38,390 bases of DNA from a virus. Below are positions 21,301-30,910 of this stretch, piece after piece (within the stretch, counting starts at the first letter, position 1; every line of letters starts with the position of its first letter). Position numbers and translations under genes: made by a program. The notes under the pieces are model-generated. The model did not search any database and was not told the DNA's origin. It worked only from the letters and a program-made list of their open reading frames with translations. Where the stretch lies: IMG/VR virus record IMGVR_UViG_3300045988_008627; one strand, 5' to 3'.

Positions 21301-23100
21301 TTACTTCGCCCCCATTCTGGCTGTGATGCGTGCGTTTTTGGCGATGCGGAGGATGGTGTCGAGGTCGTCCACATGATCAACGTAGACGGTGGTGTTGTAT
21401 GTATCGCCGGAGGTGTAGCGCGTTTCGCTGGCTGTCTGGATGCGCGATCCGGACGGCAGATAGATGCGCTCCGGGCCGTTTTCGTTGACCCGCGTCCATC
21501 CGCCTCGCCAGTTGTCCGTTCCGGCGGCGTTGCCGCCCAGATAGCGGCGAACCCATTCGTCCTCTGTGATGCCGATGGTGGACGGGTCGCCGCGGGCAAC
21601 TGCATCCTCGTAGGCTTTGGCGAGATCTGCCGCGCTCTGCCCCCACTGCTGCGCTGTGTAGCTGTCGAGCAGATTTTGATAATTGTTTCCGTTTCCGCTG
21701 GAGTAGCCGAAACCAAGCGCGTGCGTCATCTGTCCCCAGCCCTCGCTGATGTGGCCGGTGCTGAAGTTGATGACGCCTTTTAAAAGCTCCGCCGCGTCGG
21801 CCATGAGCGCCATTACCTTTGCGAGTGGCTGCAATGCCTTGGTCAGCGCCGGGACGCGGTTGTTTGAAAGATCGGACATAGGGTTCAGAATATCTCCGAC
21901 GGTATCCAGCAGCATGCCGAACGAGTCGACAATGCCGGAGTCCTTGAGCGCCTTGCCGCCGTCCTTTACCATTGTGGTCACGTCGCCGTAGAATTCTTCG
22001 AGGTATGGGGCGAATTCGGCTGACAGCTGGTTTTTCACGCCCTCCTGCGTGTTCTGCAGGCGCTGGTATGCGTCGTCTACCGCGCCGAGGGCAGAAAGCG
22101 CCTCGTCGTCGAGCACATACCCGACGTTGTGCGCCTCGTCTGCGTAGGCCTTGAGGGTCTGCGAGCCCTGAATGATCAGCGGATTTAAATCCTGTGCCGA
22201 GCGGCCAAAAATGTCCATGGACATTGCGTCCCGCTCGGTTTCGTTTTTTACCTGCCCGAGCGCGTCAATCGTCTCATAAAAAACGTCGTTCGCGCTGCGC
22301 ATGCTTCCGTCAACGGCATTGGTTACGGAAACGCCCAACTTATCAAAGGATGCCTTCGCGTTGCCCGTGCCGTTCATCGTGTCCTGCATGTTGTTGGTCA
22401 GCTTTGTCAGGCTTCCCTGCAGGGTGTCTACGGATACGTCGATCAGCTCGGACGCATAGGCAAACTCCTGCAGCTGCTGTGTCGATTGCCCCGTCTGCAT
22501 GGAAAGCGTGATGATGTTGTCGGCAAAGGCGGCGGACTCCTTCGTCATGGAGATCATGGCTTTTTCTACCTTGACGATCGCCGCCGCGACGGCAGCGAAG
22601 CCGCCCGCCAGCGCCAGTGACTGCGCGTCGAGGCTCCCCATGGCGTTCATGGAGGACTTCATGCCGTCCGGCAGCTGAATGCCGAGCTTGGACGTCAGGC
22701 CGTTCACCACGTCGCCGAGGTTGCCCATCTCCTTGCCGGAGTCCGCGATCTTCTGCTTGTTCTCGTCAAACTGGTTGTTGAGATTGTTCAGCTCAGCCTC
22801 GGCGTTGTTGAGGCTGGTCTGCCACTGCATGGTGCGCTTGTCTGCCTCGCCGTATTTTTCGGCGGACTGCTGGAGCGCAGCCTTGAGATACTCGATCTTC
22901 TCCACCTGCGTGGAAATCTTGCGCTCTAAGACGTCATTCTTGGCGTTTAGGGCCTCTACGCTGTCCGCGTTCTGCGCGTAGGCAGAGGATACCTTGCGCA
23001 TTTCCGAGTCCAGCACCTTCATGCCGCTGCCGATCTCGGAAATGGCCTGCTTGTATTCTTTTTCGCCCGAAAGCGTAAATTTTGTATTGATGTTCGGCAT
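21301..23100 (-). CDS. Tape measure protein (599 aa)
   Basis: Helical N-terminus, hydrophobic segment LALAGGFAAVAAAIV and the TMP-typical ...LQEFAYASELIDVSVDTLQGSLTKLTNNM. It follows the chaperone pair. Confidence 0.85.
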   Translation of the reverse strand: MPNINTKFTLSGEKEYKQAISEIGSGMKVLDSEMRKVSSAYAQNADSVEALNAKNDVLERKISTQVEKIEYLKAALQQSAEKYGEADKRTMQWQTSLNNAEAELNNLNNQFDENKQKIADSGKEMGNLGDVVNGLTSKLGIQLPDGMKSSMNAMGSLDAQSLALAGGFAAVAAAIVKVEKAMISMTKESAAFADNIITLSMQTGQSTQQLQEFAYASELIDVSVDTLQGSLTKLTNNMQDTMNGTGNAKASFDKLGVSVTNAVDGSMRSANDVFYETIDALGQVKNETERDAMSMDIFGRSAQDLNPLIIQGSQTLKAYADEAHNVGYVLDDEALSALGAVDDAYQRLQNTQEGVKNQLSAEFAPYLEEFYGDVTTMVKDGGKALKDSGIVDSFGMLLDTVGDILNPMSDLSNNRVPALTKALQPLAKVMALMADAAELLKGVINFSTGHISEGWGQMTHALGFGYSSGNGNNYQNLLDSYTAQQWGQSAADLAKAYEDAVARGDPSTIGITEDEWVRRYLGGNAAGTDNWRGGWTRVNENGPERIYLPSGSRIQTASETRYTSGDTYNTTVYVDHVDDLDTILRIAKNARITARMGAK

Positions 23101-23101
23101 G

Positions 23102-23685
23102 TTAGGTGCCTCCGTTCAGATAGGCCGACAGGCTCTGCGGCTGTTCCTGCTGCTCCGGCTGCTTTTGCGGCGCAAGCGCGTCAAGCAGAAGCGTTATGCG
23201 GCGCGGGGACATGGTTTTCCAGAAATCCCGCTCCGGCAGATGCAGCCGGAAGAGCCAGATTGCGAGGAAGCCGGGGAAATCAAAGCCCAGCTGCTTCGGT
23301 TTCCCCGGCGGTGTCAGTTTTTTTCGTCTTCCTTCTGCTCTTTTCCGGCCTGATTTTTCTCGACTACCTCCGCCCAGACCAGCGGATAGATCAGTTTTCC
23401 GGCTTCGATCGTCTGCGAAAGCGTGAGCTTCCGGCCCAGCTGCTTCCTGGTAAATACCAGCGGCAGCCCGTTTTCGTCCTTGATCCCCTGCGTGTCGGCG
23501 GCGTCGGTCAGCATGCCGGCCAGAAAGGCCAGCGTGCTTTTGATTCCATGGATCCGGTCAAGCGCCTGCAGAAGATTGCCGTCGTATTCATCCTGCACAT
23601 ACGCTGCGACATTCATGTTGCAGACGAGCCGGTAGGTCCTGCCCTCGAATTCGTAGTCTACAAAGTCAAACTTGGTCGTTTCCAT
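23102..23685 (-). CDS. Tail assembly chaperone, -1 frameshift fusion product (G-T type)
   Basis: Slipping at A_AAA_AAC opens a 71-codon extension: LTPPGKPKQLGFDFPGFLAIWLFRLHLPERDFWKTMSPRRITLLLDALAPQKQPEQQEQPQSLSAYLNGGT. It ends at TAA 23102-23104, one nt before the TMP ATG. Confidence 0.7.
23314..23685 (-). CDS. Tail assembly chaperone (G-like, zero-frame product)
   Basis: 123 aa between the major tail and tape measure genes. The acidic C-terminus ends in the slippery site. Confidence 0.75.
   Translation of the reverse strand: METTKFDFVDYEFEGRTYRLVCNMNVAAYVQDEYDGNLLQALDRIHGIKSTLAFLAGMLTDAADTQGIKDENGLPLVFTRKQLGRKLTLSQTIEAGKLIYPLVWAEVVEKNQAGKEQKEDEKN
23317..23323 (-). other. Programmed -1 ribosomal frameshift slippery heptamer A_AAA_AAC
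   Basis: The minus strand reads GAC GAA AAA AAC TGA. The heptamer lies immediately before the zero-frame stop. Confidence 0.7.
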
Positions 23686-24245
23686 TAAGTTTCACCCAGC
23701 TTTCCCTTGATCCAGGCAACGGCCTCCGCCGCGGTGTCGACGGTCTCGCTTTCGAGCAACAGCTCGTCGGCCGAATCGTCTGCGAGGAATTCGCCGGTCG
23801 TCGTCGGCGTGTTGAACTGGATGTTCTCGCCCTTGGTCTGGTAGGACAGCGAGGGCGGGCCGAACAGCGCTTTCGGCACCCAGACGCAGGTGTATTTGGT
23901 CACGCCGTCGATCTTGTCCGGCGCGTAAAAGCCGACGCCGACATAGTTTGCGATGTCCTTGGCCGAGAATTTCAGATTTTCCTTGCTCGTATCGGATGTG
24001 CAGCCGTAGAGCATGGCCTGTGCGGCCCTTTTGATGTACTTGACAGCCAGCGAGATCGTGCCGCCGGTGGCAAGCTTGATATATTCGGCAAGCTTGGATT
24101 CTGCGTACAGGCGGCCCTCGGCGAACTTGAGTTCCAGCTGCGCGCTCATGGCGTCGCCGACGTCGGTCGGCTCTGTGTAGGTCACGGTGCCGGACGTGTT
24201 TTTATACTTTCCCGCCCGGATGCCGCGTAAGTCAAAACTAGGCAT
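23685..24245 (-). CDS. Major tail protein (phi13-family-like)
   Basis: 186 aa, positioned between the neck genes and the chaperone. Its size and sequence fit siphovirus tail tube proteins. Confidence 0.75.
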   Translation of the reverse strand: MPSFDLRGIRAGKYKNTSGTVTYTEPTDVGDAMSAQLELKFAEGRLYAESKLAEYIKLATGGTISLAVKYIKRAAQAMLYGCTSDTSKENLKFSAKDIANYVGVGFYAPDKIDGVTKYTCVWVPKALFGPPSLSYQTKGENIQFNTPTTTGEFLADDSADELLLESETVDTAAEAVAWIKGKLGET

Positions 24246-24676
24246 TACAGTAAGCCCCTTTCTTTCAGCTTTTGTGTGAGGATTTTTTCGAGTTCCGCGT
24301 TCACGCGCTTCTGCGCGCTGCGGACACCCTTTGTCCAGAAATAAGTCCCGTCAATTTTCCCGCATTCCGCACTGCGGCCGTAATTCAAAACAAAAAGCAC
24401 GGTCGCTCTGCGCGTTCCGTGCTCGTTTTTGCCGACTGCCGTGATGGTGATATACGGATCTCCGTTTTTGTCCTGCTTGATGGTTTTGCGGTATTTTACG
24501 CTGGAGGCGTAGGCTTCCGTGCGGAACCCGCTCGCCCGGACGGCATTTTGCAGCTCCTCGACGATGATATCCCCGGCGGCGTACAGGAGTTCCTTCTGCA
24601 TGTCCTCATCAAAGACATTCGCTTTTTGGAGCGTGGCCATGAGCTCGTCGACACCGGTGATAGAGATGTTAGCCAT
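24245..24676 (-). CDS. HK97 gp10-family neck/tail-terminator-region protein
   Basis: MANISITGVDELMATLQKA...ELQNAVRASGFRTEAY fits the gp10-family N-terminal pattern, and the synteny agrees. Confidence 0.7.
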   Translation of the reverse strand: MANISITGVDELMATLQKANVFDEDMQKELLYAAGDIIVEELQNAVRASGFRTEAYASSVKYRKTIKQDKNGDPYITITAVGKNEHGTRRATVLFVLNYGRSAECGKIDGTYFWTKGVRSAQKRVNAELEKILTQKLKERGLL

Positions 24677-24992
24677 ACTCCGCGCCCTCCGTTTCGGCTA
24701 TGAGCGCGATCTGCGTGCGTCCTGTTTCCTTATCGTAGGTTTCCATGTCTACGGTGACGATGTAGCCAGCGGCCTCCAGCGCGGCTTTTACGCGCTTTAA
24801 AAGCCCGGCGGCAAAGCCCTCTGCGAAGATGGAAACGGCGTACTGCACGCCGGTCTCGGCCTCTCCGCCCTCGGCGTAGATCTGGCCGGACTGGCCGAGC
24901 AGCTGATAGGTGACGTAGGTTTCTTCCCCGCCCTTGTATGGCGGATGGCAGACCGGAACGCCCAGGCTTGATAGCGCCTCATAGATCATCAT
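24669..24992 (-). CDS. Neck/tail-completion protein (107 aa)
   Basis: ATGA-coupled, located between the head-closure and gp10-like genes. Assigned by position. Confidence 0.5.
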   Translation of the reverse strand: MMIYEALSSLGVPVCHPPYKGGEETYVTYQLLGQSGQIYAEGGEAETGVQYAVSIFAEGFAAGLLKRVKAALEAAGYIVTVDMETYDKETGRTQIALIAETEGAEYG

Positions 24993-25279
24993 GCGCCGTC
25001 CCTCCGTTTGCAGGTCAGCTCGATTTCCTCTGTTTCCTGCCCGTAGCTGCGGACGACGTCAAAGACGTCGGAGCCGCAGACGAGCTGCTGCTCGCCGCCG
25101 TATTCCGCGCTGTGCATGCGGAAAATTGCGTCCGTGCGCTTGCCGGCTTGCGCGGCCTGATAATACTCGGCGCGGTTTACGGACTTGCGGGCAGCCCAGA
25201 CGGTGGTTTCTCGCTCGAGCTTTTCCGTCGTCTGGCCGTTTACGATGGGGTAGGAGAACAGGCGCAGCGTGATTTGCAT
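24989..25279 (-). CDS. Head-tail adaptor/head-closure protein
   Basis: ORF 24989..25411 trimmed to ATG 25279, just after the upstream stop. MQITLRLFSYPIVNGQTTEKLERETTVWAARKSVNRAEYYQAAQAG fits the head-closure family pattern. Confidence 0.65.
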   Translation of the reverse strand: MQITLRLFSYPIVNGQTTEKLERETTVWAARKSVNRAEYYQAAQAGKRTDAIFRMHSAEYGGEQQLVCGSDVFDVVRSYGQETEEIELTCKRRDGA

Positions 25280-25280
25280 A

Positions 25281-25586
25281 TCAAAGATCACAGCACGCGC
25301 CTCCTGTTCCGCCGCTGGCCGGGACTGCCCGGTAATCGTCCGAGAGTCCCATGGCGTCGCGGATATCTGCGAAGCAGGTCTTCCATTCCTCGCCCCGGCC
25401 GCAGAAATCATGCTGCCAGCGGACGTAGGCGCGGACGGCGTCCTTTACCAGCGGATCTTCGTCCGCTCCCTCTGCGCCCGCAAGGTGCAGGCGCATGAGG
25501 CAGGCGTCAATCTCGTCTTTTAGCTCATCGTCAAGGGCGTTTGTGGTCAGCCGCAGGGCGGTTTTTGCAACGTTGATCAAAGCCAA
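25281..25586 (-). CDS. gp6-like head-tail connector protein
   Basis: TTG start at 25586 (GGGAGGA 7 nt upstream). LRLTTNALDDELKDEIDACLMRLHLAG is typical of this family. It lies directly after the capsid gene. Confidence 0.65.
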   Translation of the reverse strand: MALINVAKTALRLTTNALDDELKDEIDACLMRLHLAGAEGADEDPLVKDAVRAYVRWQHDFCGRGEEWKTCFADIRDAMGLSDDYRAVPASGGTGGACCDL

Positions 25587-25616
25587 TGGTCATTCCTCCC
25601 TGTTGGCCGCGCGCCG

Positions 25617-26828
25617 TCATGCTTTCTTCTTGGTCAGCGTGACGAGGCTGTTCGTGTCTACACACTTTCCGTCGACAAGTGCCAGCGCGACGGTCACCTC
25701 GTCATCGGTCGCGTTGTCGGTGTACTTGCGGAAGGTCATGCCCAGATTTTCGTTCCAGAGGTAGTCCTTGAAGTTGAAAATGAACGCAAAGATCGTGTCC
25801 GCAGTCACGCTCGCCGTGAAGGACGGCAGATAGTCGCCGACGAGGACGACTTCGCGGCCAAGGAGCGAGTAGACCGGCTTTCCGCTGAGTCCATAGTTGA
25901 CGCGGGCGACGGGCTGCTTCTTGTCGTCCACCATGCCGACGATCTGCTCAAAGAACGTCTTCTTCGTCATGCACCAGACGGCGTCTGCGTCATAGGCCTG
26001 CGGCAGGAGTGCTTCTGCCTTGACCAGATCGGTGTACGCCAGCGCGGTCGTTGCGGCAGCGATGTCGATGTTCTGGCCGGTCACGACGGTCTCCTTGGTG
26101 ATGCCCTTCGGCTGGCCGGAGCCGGAGCCGCTGATGATGGCCTGTTCTTCAGCCTTGACCATGGCCTCGGCGACGTTGGCGACAAACTGCGACTCAAACA
26201 TCGGATAGGTCACGATGGAGACCTCAAGCGACATGGAGATCGCGCAACGCAGCTTGTGGTAGGCGAACGTGATGGCGCCGAGCGCCTTCTTCTGCTTGTC
26301 GGAGCCTGCGCCCTCGGCAACCCAGGAGGCCGTCGGCTTGGCCGAGCTGGTCGGGACGGTCACGCCGCCCTTGTAGGAGGTGTGCGTCACGCGCGGCAGG
26401 ATCATGCCAGTCGCTTCGATCTTCTCGTAGATCTTCTGCAGCGTCGTGGTCGGGATGGCCGCGCCGACGTCGGAGGTCTTGGTGTTGGCGTCCACGTTGG
26501 TCAGCTCTGCCGGGATCTTCTTGCCGGTCAGGACGTAGTTCATGAAGGCCCGCTTGTACTCGTCGGTGTCGTACCGGTCGAGCACGTCCGGAGTCTTCGC
26601 CGTGCCGGACAGGTCGATGGACTGTGCCGCCGCAGCCGGTGCCGCGACCTTCTGGCCCGCAAGCGCGTTGAGGTTCGCCTGGATTTTGGCTTCCTCCTCA
26701 AACTTGGCGTCGAGGGCCTCGACTTCCTTCATCTTGGCCTGCGCCTCTGCGGTCTTGCCTTCGTCCAGCAGCTTCTGGGCGTCGTCCATGAGCTTCTGGC
26801 GCTGGATGTTGTAAATTTCCTTCGTCAT
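25617..26828 (-). CDS. Major capsid protein, HK97 family
   Basis: 403 aa with an N-terminal coiled delta-domain-like region (KLMDDAQKLLDEGKTAEAQAKMKEVEALDAKFEEEAKIQ). It follows the protease gene with an ATGA overlap. Confidence 0.9.
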   Translation of the reverse strand: MTKEIYNIQRQKLMDDAQKLLDEGKTAEAQAKMKEVEALDAKFEEEAKIQANLNALAGQKVAAPAAAAQSIDLSGTAKTPDVLDRYDTDEYKRAFMNYVLTGKKIPAELTNVDANTKTSDVGAAIPTTTLQKIYEKIEATGMILPRVTHTSYKGGVTVPTSSAKPTASWVAEGAGSDKQKKALGAITFAYHKLRCAISMSLEVSIVTYPMFESQFVANVAEAMVKAEEQAIISGSGSGQPKGITKETVVTGQNIDIAAATTALAYTDLVKAEALLPQAYDADAVWCMTKKTFFEQIVGMVDDKKQPVARVNYGLSGKPVYSLLGREVVLVGDYLPSFTASVTADTIFAFIFNFKDYLWNENLGMTFRKYTDNATDDEVTVALALVDGKCVDTNSLVTLTKKKA

Positions 26829-27520
26829 TTCAATTCTCCTTTGAGTTTTAAAAATTTCAGTTTTGCTTCTGCCTGCGCCCGTTCGGGCATAAAAAAATCA
26901 GGCTCTGCGGCCTGACCTTTTAAAAAGTTTTCCGCGCGCCGGAGCGCGTCTTCGCTGAGCATGCCGGAATAAAAATCCGCCGCCAGCGGCTTCTGGCCGG
27001 TGTCCGGCTGCATCACGCGGTCAACGAGGCCGAGTTCTACGGCCCGCTCCGCTGTGATCCATGTTTCGGCGTCCATCATGGCGGCGATCTCCGCCTCCGG
27101 CCTGCCGGTCTTTGCGACGTAGGCCGAGATGATGGCGTGGTTGGCGTCGCGCAGCGTCCCTGCGGTGTGCTCCATCTGGCGGTAGTCGCCGTCGGCGCTG
27201 GTCTGGACGTTGTGGATCATCATCATGCCGGTAGGCGTCATTTCTGATTCTCCCGCCATGGCGATGATGGACGCGGCCGAAGCTGCGAGTCCGACGATTC
27301 GGACGATCACGCCGCCTGCGTAGTTGCGCAGGGCGGTATAGATCTCGCTCGCGGCGAAGATCTCGCCGCCGCCGGAATTGATCTCGACTTCGGCCCGCTC
27401 GCCGTTTCCCTTGGCAAGTGCGTCGGCTACGGATCTCGGGCTCGTCGCCTCCATTCCGTAAAACTGATAGAAGCGGTGCAGGTTGCTGGATACGATGGGC
27501 CCTCGAATGCTGATCTTCAT
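26825..27520 (-). CDS. ClpP-like (S14) head maturation protease
   Basis: EVEINSGGGEIFAASEIYTALRNYAGGVIVRIVGLAASAASIIAMAG...MMMIHN is the ClpP-type serine protease core. Confidence 0.9.
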   Translation of the reverse strand: MKISIRGPIVSSNLHRFYQFYGMEATSPRSVADALAKGNGERAEVEINSGGGEIFAASEIYTALRNYAGGVIVRIVGLAASAASIIAMAGESEMTPTGMMMIHNVQTSADGDYRQMEHTAGTLRDANHAIISAYVAKTGRPEAEIAAMMDAETWITAERAVELGLVDRVMQPDTGQKPLAADFYSGMLSEDALRRAENFLKGQAAEPDFFMPERAQAEAKLKFLKLKGELK

Positions 27521-28710
27521 GTGGTTTCATCTCCTTTCTGCGTAGTGTTCCGGTCTACCGGCTGCGTGTCCAGCCTGCGGATTGGCTTGTCTCCGCCGTC
27601 TACTGGCGCAAGATTGAACGCACGCCGCCATTCGTTCGGCGTCAGCGCGCCGCGGTCGACCAGCTGCAAGAGATTCAGCTTTGTCGAGGTCGACGCGAAA
27701 TCCCACGCGGACGCCTCAAATACGATGCGATTCCCGCAGCCGCGCTCGCGCCGGGAGAATAGCTTGCGGGTGTACTCGCCGCTGAGCTGCTTCAGCACCG
27801 GCTCGATCTCGGCGTCAAAATACGCGCTCTGTTCGTCCTCCGTCGCAATGGACGTGACGATATGCGGGTTGGTGTTAAACAGGGCATAAATGCGCTGCGT
27901 GGTTTTGTCCATCTGGGCGGCGTTCGGGACGTAATCCTTCGGGTCAATCTGCTTCGCCTCTGCCTTTGCGTCTACGGCCGCGACGCCCGTGCCGTTGGAA
28001 ACATTGAGGAAGCTGTCGGCAAAGTCCTGCGCGCGCTTCTTGACATCCTCCGCGCGCATGGAGGCTGCGAACATCAAAAGCCAGCGGATGACGGCGCTAT
28101 TCCGGATGGCCTTGACGATGCCCTGATCCGTCGTGGTGACGATCTCCATCAGCGGCACAATGGCCGGAGCAATGGGGTCGCCGAAGATATCATTCTCGTA
28201 AAAGTCCCCGCGCAGGTGGATGATATCGTCATAGGCAAACGTCAGGACGCTGCCGTTCTGCATGTAAAATTTCAGATACAAATTTCCGCCCGCGTCATAG
28301 ACAGCGTCTGCCTGCATGGCCGCGACTGGAAAAATGGCGTTTGGCAGGCCGTTTTCATCCCGCAGGATCACGGCAAACGCGTTGTTGTTGAGGACCAGCT
28401 GCGCGGCCAGCTTCTCCTGCAGCAGCTGGCCTGTCATGTACTGATTCGGTTCCTCGAGCAGGAACCGGATATACGGCTCCGGATTTACGGCGATCTTCCG
28501 CGCCGAGGCCGTGACTGTTTCCCGGATATGCTTGGCCGTCAGCTTGCCGATGGCCTTGATCTTCGGGCGGATACAGGCGCGGACGATGTCGGACTGGTAC
28601 ATCTTGCCGTTATAGCTATAAAAGCCGTTTCCGCGCTCCTGCACCATCTGCACGGTTGAAACGCGCTTGGTCGTCGTGATATTCGTCAGGAGGTTTTTAA
28701 AAAATCCCAT
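27517..28710 (-). CDS. Portal protein, HK97 family
   Basis: ORF 27517..28887 trimmed to ATG 28710 (AGGAG upstream; downstream of the TerL stop at 28721). It starts MGFFKNLLTN... and lies between TerL and the protease. Confidence 0.85.
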   Translation of the reverse strand: MGFFKNLLTNITTTKRVSTVQMVQERGNGFYSYNGKMYQSDIVRACIRPKIKAIGKLTAKHIRETVTASARKIAVNPEPYIRFLLEEPNQYMTGQLLQEKLAAQLVLNNNAFAVILRDENGLPNAIFPVAAMQADAVYDAGGNLYLKFYMQNGSVLTFAYDDIIHLRGDFYENDIFGDPIAPAIVPLMEIVTTTDQGIVKAIRNSAVIRWLLMFAASMRAEDVKKRAQDFADSFLNVSNGTGVAAVDAKAEAKQIDPKDYVPNAAQMDKTTQRIYALFNTNPHIVTSIATEDEQSAYFDAEIEPVLKQLSGEYTRKLFSRRERGCGNRIVFEASAWDFASTSTKLNLLQLVDRGALTPNEWRRAFNLAPVDGGDKPIRRLDTQPVDRNTTQKGDETT

Positions 28711-28720
28711 TGTCTCACTC

Positions 28721-30478
28721 CTAGAGCATACTGGTGTATTCTGCCTGCTTCTGATCGTAGATCGTGTAGGCATCGAGCAGGGCCGCCGTTCCGTCAATGC
28801 GGCGCGTGGACTTGCTCGTTTTGTGCGGCTGGATGTTGCCGTTTTTGTCCTCGTCGTAGGCGGTGTTTGCCATGCACCACTTGTCAATCGGGTTGTTGTT
28901 GTAGACGATCCGCTTGGACTTCAGATCATTCCCGCATCGTTTCATCGGCTCGGACAATGTTTTCACGCCCTGATGCACGGGGATCATGGCCTCTGCTCCA
29001 AAGTAGTCCGCCATGCTGTCCGTCCAGTAAGACGCCGACCACGCATCATAGCCGATAAAGGGTATAAAAATATCGAGGTCTTCCTGCACCTCGACAAACC
29101 ATGCTTTGACGTCCTCATAGCGGATCTTGTTTCCCTCTGACAATCTGAGCAGCCCGCGCTCGTGCCACTTGTCGTATGGGATCTTATCTTCCTTGACGCG
29201 CTTTTTCAAAAGATCCTGCGGCAGCCAGTACATCTGCAGCACAAACAGGATCTCCGGCAGCTCCGGCACCTGAAACAGCACCTTTGCCGCCGTCAGGTCG
29301 GTGGTCTTGGACAGATCCGCGCCGCCGATGCCGTATCGCGGGTAGGAAAGCACGCGCTCCTGCGTCTTGCCGTCCGCCATGTGGTGCTGCCAGATCAGGC
29401 GGCGGTTTTCCTTGTCGAGCTGGAAGGTGTCACGATTGTCCAGCTGCTCAAAATTGAGCCAGGCTTCGGAGGACGTTTCGCGGATGTTGAAATCCTTGCA
29501 GACGAGGTTTCGGACGAGGGCCGGGTTTTTCTCCGCCCGCTCTACCCGCTCTTTGAGGGCCGTGTAGGACTTGATCGTCCCGAGCCCCGGATTTGCCTTT
29601 TTCCAGCAGTCCGGGTCTGTCCACTCGCTGCGCTTATCGAGCTCATAAATAAACGCGATCCGGCGCGGGTCGTGGTACCCGTCCGGATCTTCGTAGCCGT
29701 TTATGATGCGCTCGGCTTCTTCGTATTTTTCATCGTAGATGTCTTCTCGAATGGTGCCGGCGGTGGAGGTGATGAATCGCAGCGGCTGCGCGCGGGCCTG
29801 ATCGCCGTCGGCAATGATGTCGTACAGCGGTCTGCCATTTTTCCACTGATGGATCTCGTCCATCATGGCCCCGTGGATATTTAGGCCGTCGAGCGTGTCG
29901 CTGTCTGAGGACAGCGGCTTGAATACGCCGTCGTTATAATCGCTGTCCACCTCGCCGACCAGACAGCGCGTCCGTTTGCGCAGCGCCGGTGATTTCTGCA
30001 CCATGCGCTTTGCTTCCTGCCAGATGATCTTCGCCTGGTCGCGTTTGGTGGCCACGGCGTAAACCTCTGGGCCAGCCTCGCCATCCGCAAGCTGGAGATA
30101 CAGGCCGACGCCGGAGGCCAGCAGCGATTTGCCGTTTTTCTTGCCGACGATGAGGATGGCCTCGCGGTACTGCCGGTTTCCCTCGATGTCGATAAAGCCA
30201 AAGATTGTCGCCAGCAGCGCCTTTTCCCACAATTCCAGCTTGACGAGCTGGCCGCCCGCCTTGCCCTTGGAGTGGTGGCAGTAGTTTTCAAAAAATTCGA
30301 GGACGTGGTTGGCGCGGCGCGGCGAGTAGTAAAACTCGGAATCTGTGTTTTCCAGCTGCTCTACAACGTGCCGGTAGGTCTTCTGGACTTTCAGGCTGAC
30401 GACCTCGCGGCCGTCCTGGATAGCCTGCCAGTATTCGAGGATGGGGTTGTAGGTCGCCTGGTAGCGCGTGAGTTTCAT
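28721..30478 (-). CDS. terL: Terminase large subunit
   Basis: 585 aa. Walker A-like ILIVGKKNGKS, then ...VYAVATKRDQAKIIWQEAKRMV... and a C-terminal nuclease region. ATGA-coupled to TerS. Confidence 0.9.
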   Translation of the reverse strand: MKLTRYQATYNPILEYWQAIQDGREVVSLKVQKTYRHVVEQLENTDSEFYYSPRRANHVLEFFENYCHHSKGKAGGQLVKLELWEKALLATIFGFIDIEGNRQYREAILIVGKKNGKSLLASGVGLYLQLADGEAGPEVYAVATKRDQAKIIWQEAKRMVQKSPALRKRTRCLVGEVDSDYNDGVFKPLSSDSDTLDGLNIHGAMMDEIHQWKNGRPLYDIIADGDQARAQPLRFITSTAGTIREDIYDEKYEEAERIINGYEDPDGYHDPRRIAFIYELDKRSEWTDPDCWKKANPGLGTIKSYTALKERVERAEKNPALVRNLVCKDFNIRETSSEAWLNFEQLDNRDTFQLDKENRRLIWQHHMADGKTQERVLSYPRYGIGGADLSKTTDLTAAKVLFQVPELPEILFVLQMYWLPQDLLKKRVKEDKIPYDKWHERGLLRLSEGNKIRYEDVKAWFVEVQEDLDIFIPFIGYDAWSASYWTDSMADYFGAEAMIPVHQGVKTLSEPMKRCGNDLKSKRIVYNNNPIDKWCMANTAYDEDKNGNIQPHKTSKSTRRIDGTAALLDAYTIYDQKQAEYTSML

Positions 30479-30855
30479 TCCTCGTCACGCTCCCGGACAA
30501 AGCTTGCAAAGCCGTCGTCCTCCTGCTTCTGCGCGGTGTCCGGCTTCGGCAGGAGCGCCGTGAGCTGCTTGATGATCTTCTGGTAGTTCGCGTTTGTCGA
30601 GTTGTATGCCTGCCCGATGGGCCGGGCGCGGTCATATGGCTCCAGTCGCTCCGACTGCTGGAATTTCTCCGTCCAGCCGTTTTCCCGCAGGTCGTCCGCC
30701 ATATCCTCGCACTCGATGCGCATAAAGGCTGCCTGATCGATGAGTCCCGCGACAGTCCCGGCCGCTTCCTTCGGCAGAAGCTTGTAGATCCTCCGGAGTC
30801 TGGTCTTCTCGGCGCGGATACGCTGTTCCTTTGTCTTTTCCTGCCTGTTCGCCAC
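30475..30855 (-). CDS. terS: Terminase small subunit (P27-family-like)
   Basis: 126 aa with a GTG start at 30855 (GGAGG 9 nt upstream). Its position between the HNH and TerL genes and its helical basic N-terminus support the call. Confidence 0.7.
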   Translation of the reverse strand: MANRQEKTKEQRIRAEKTRLRRIYKLLPKEAAGTVAGLIDQAAFMRIECEDMADDLRENGWTEKFQQSERLEPYDRARPIGQAYNSTNANYQKIIKQLTALLPKPDTAQKQEDDGFASFVRERDEE

Positions 30856-30910
30856 AAAAACCGCCTCCTTTTCGCGTGATTTTTGCCGTCTGTCCGCGCG
30901 TGCGCGTAGA

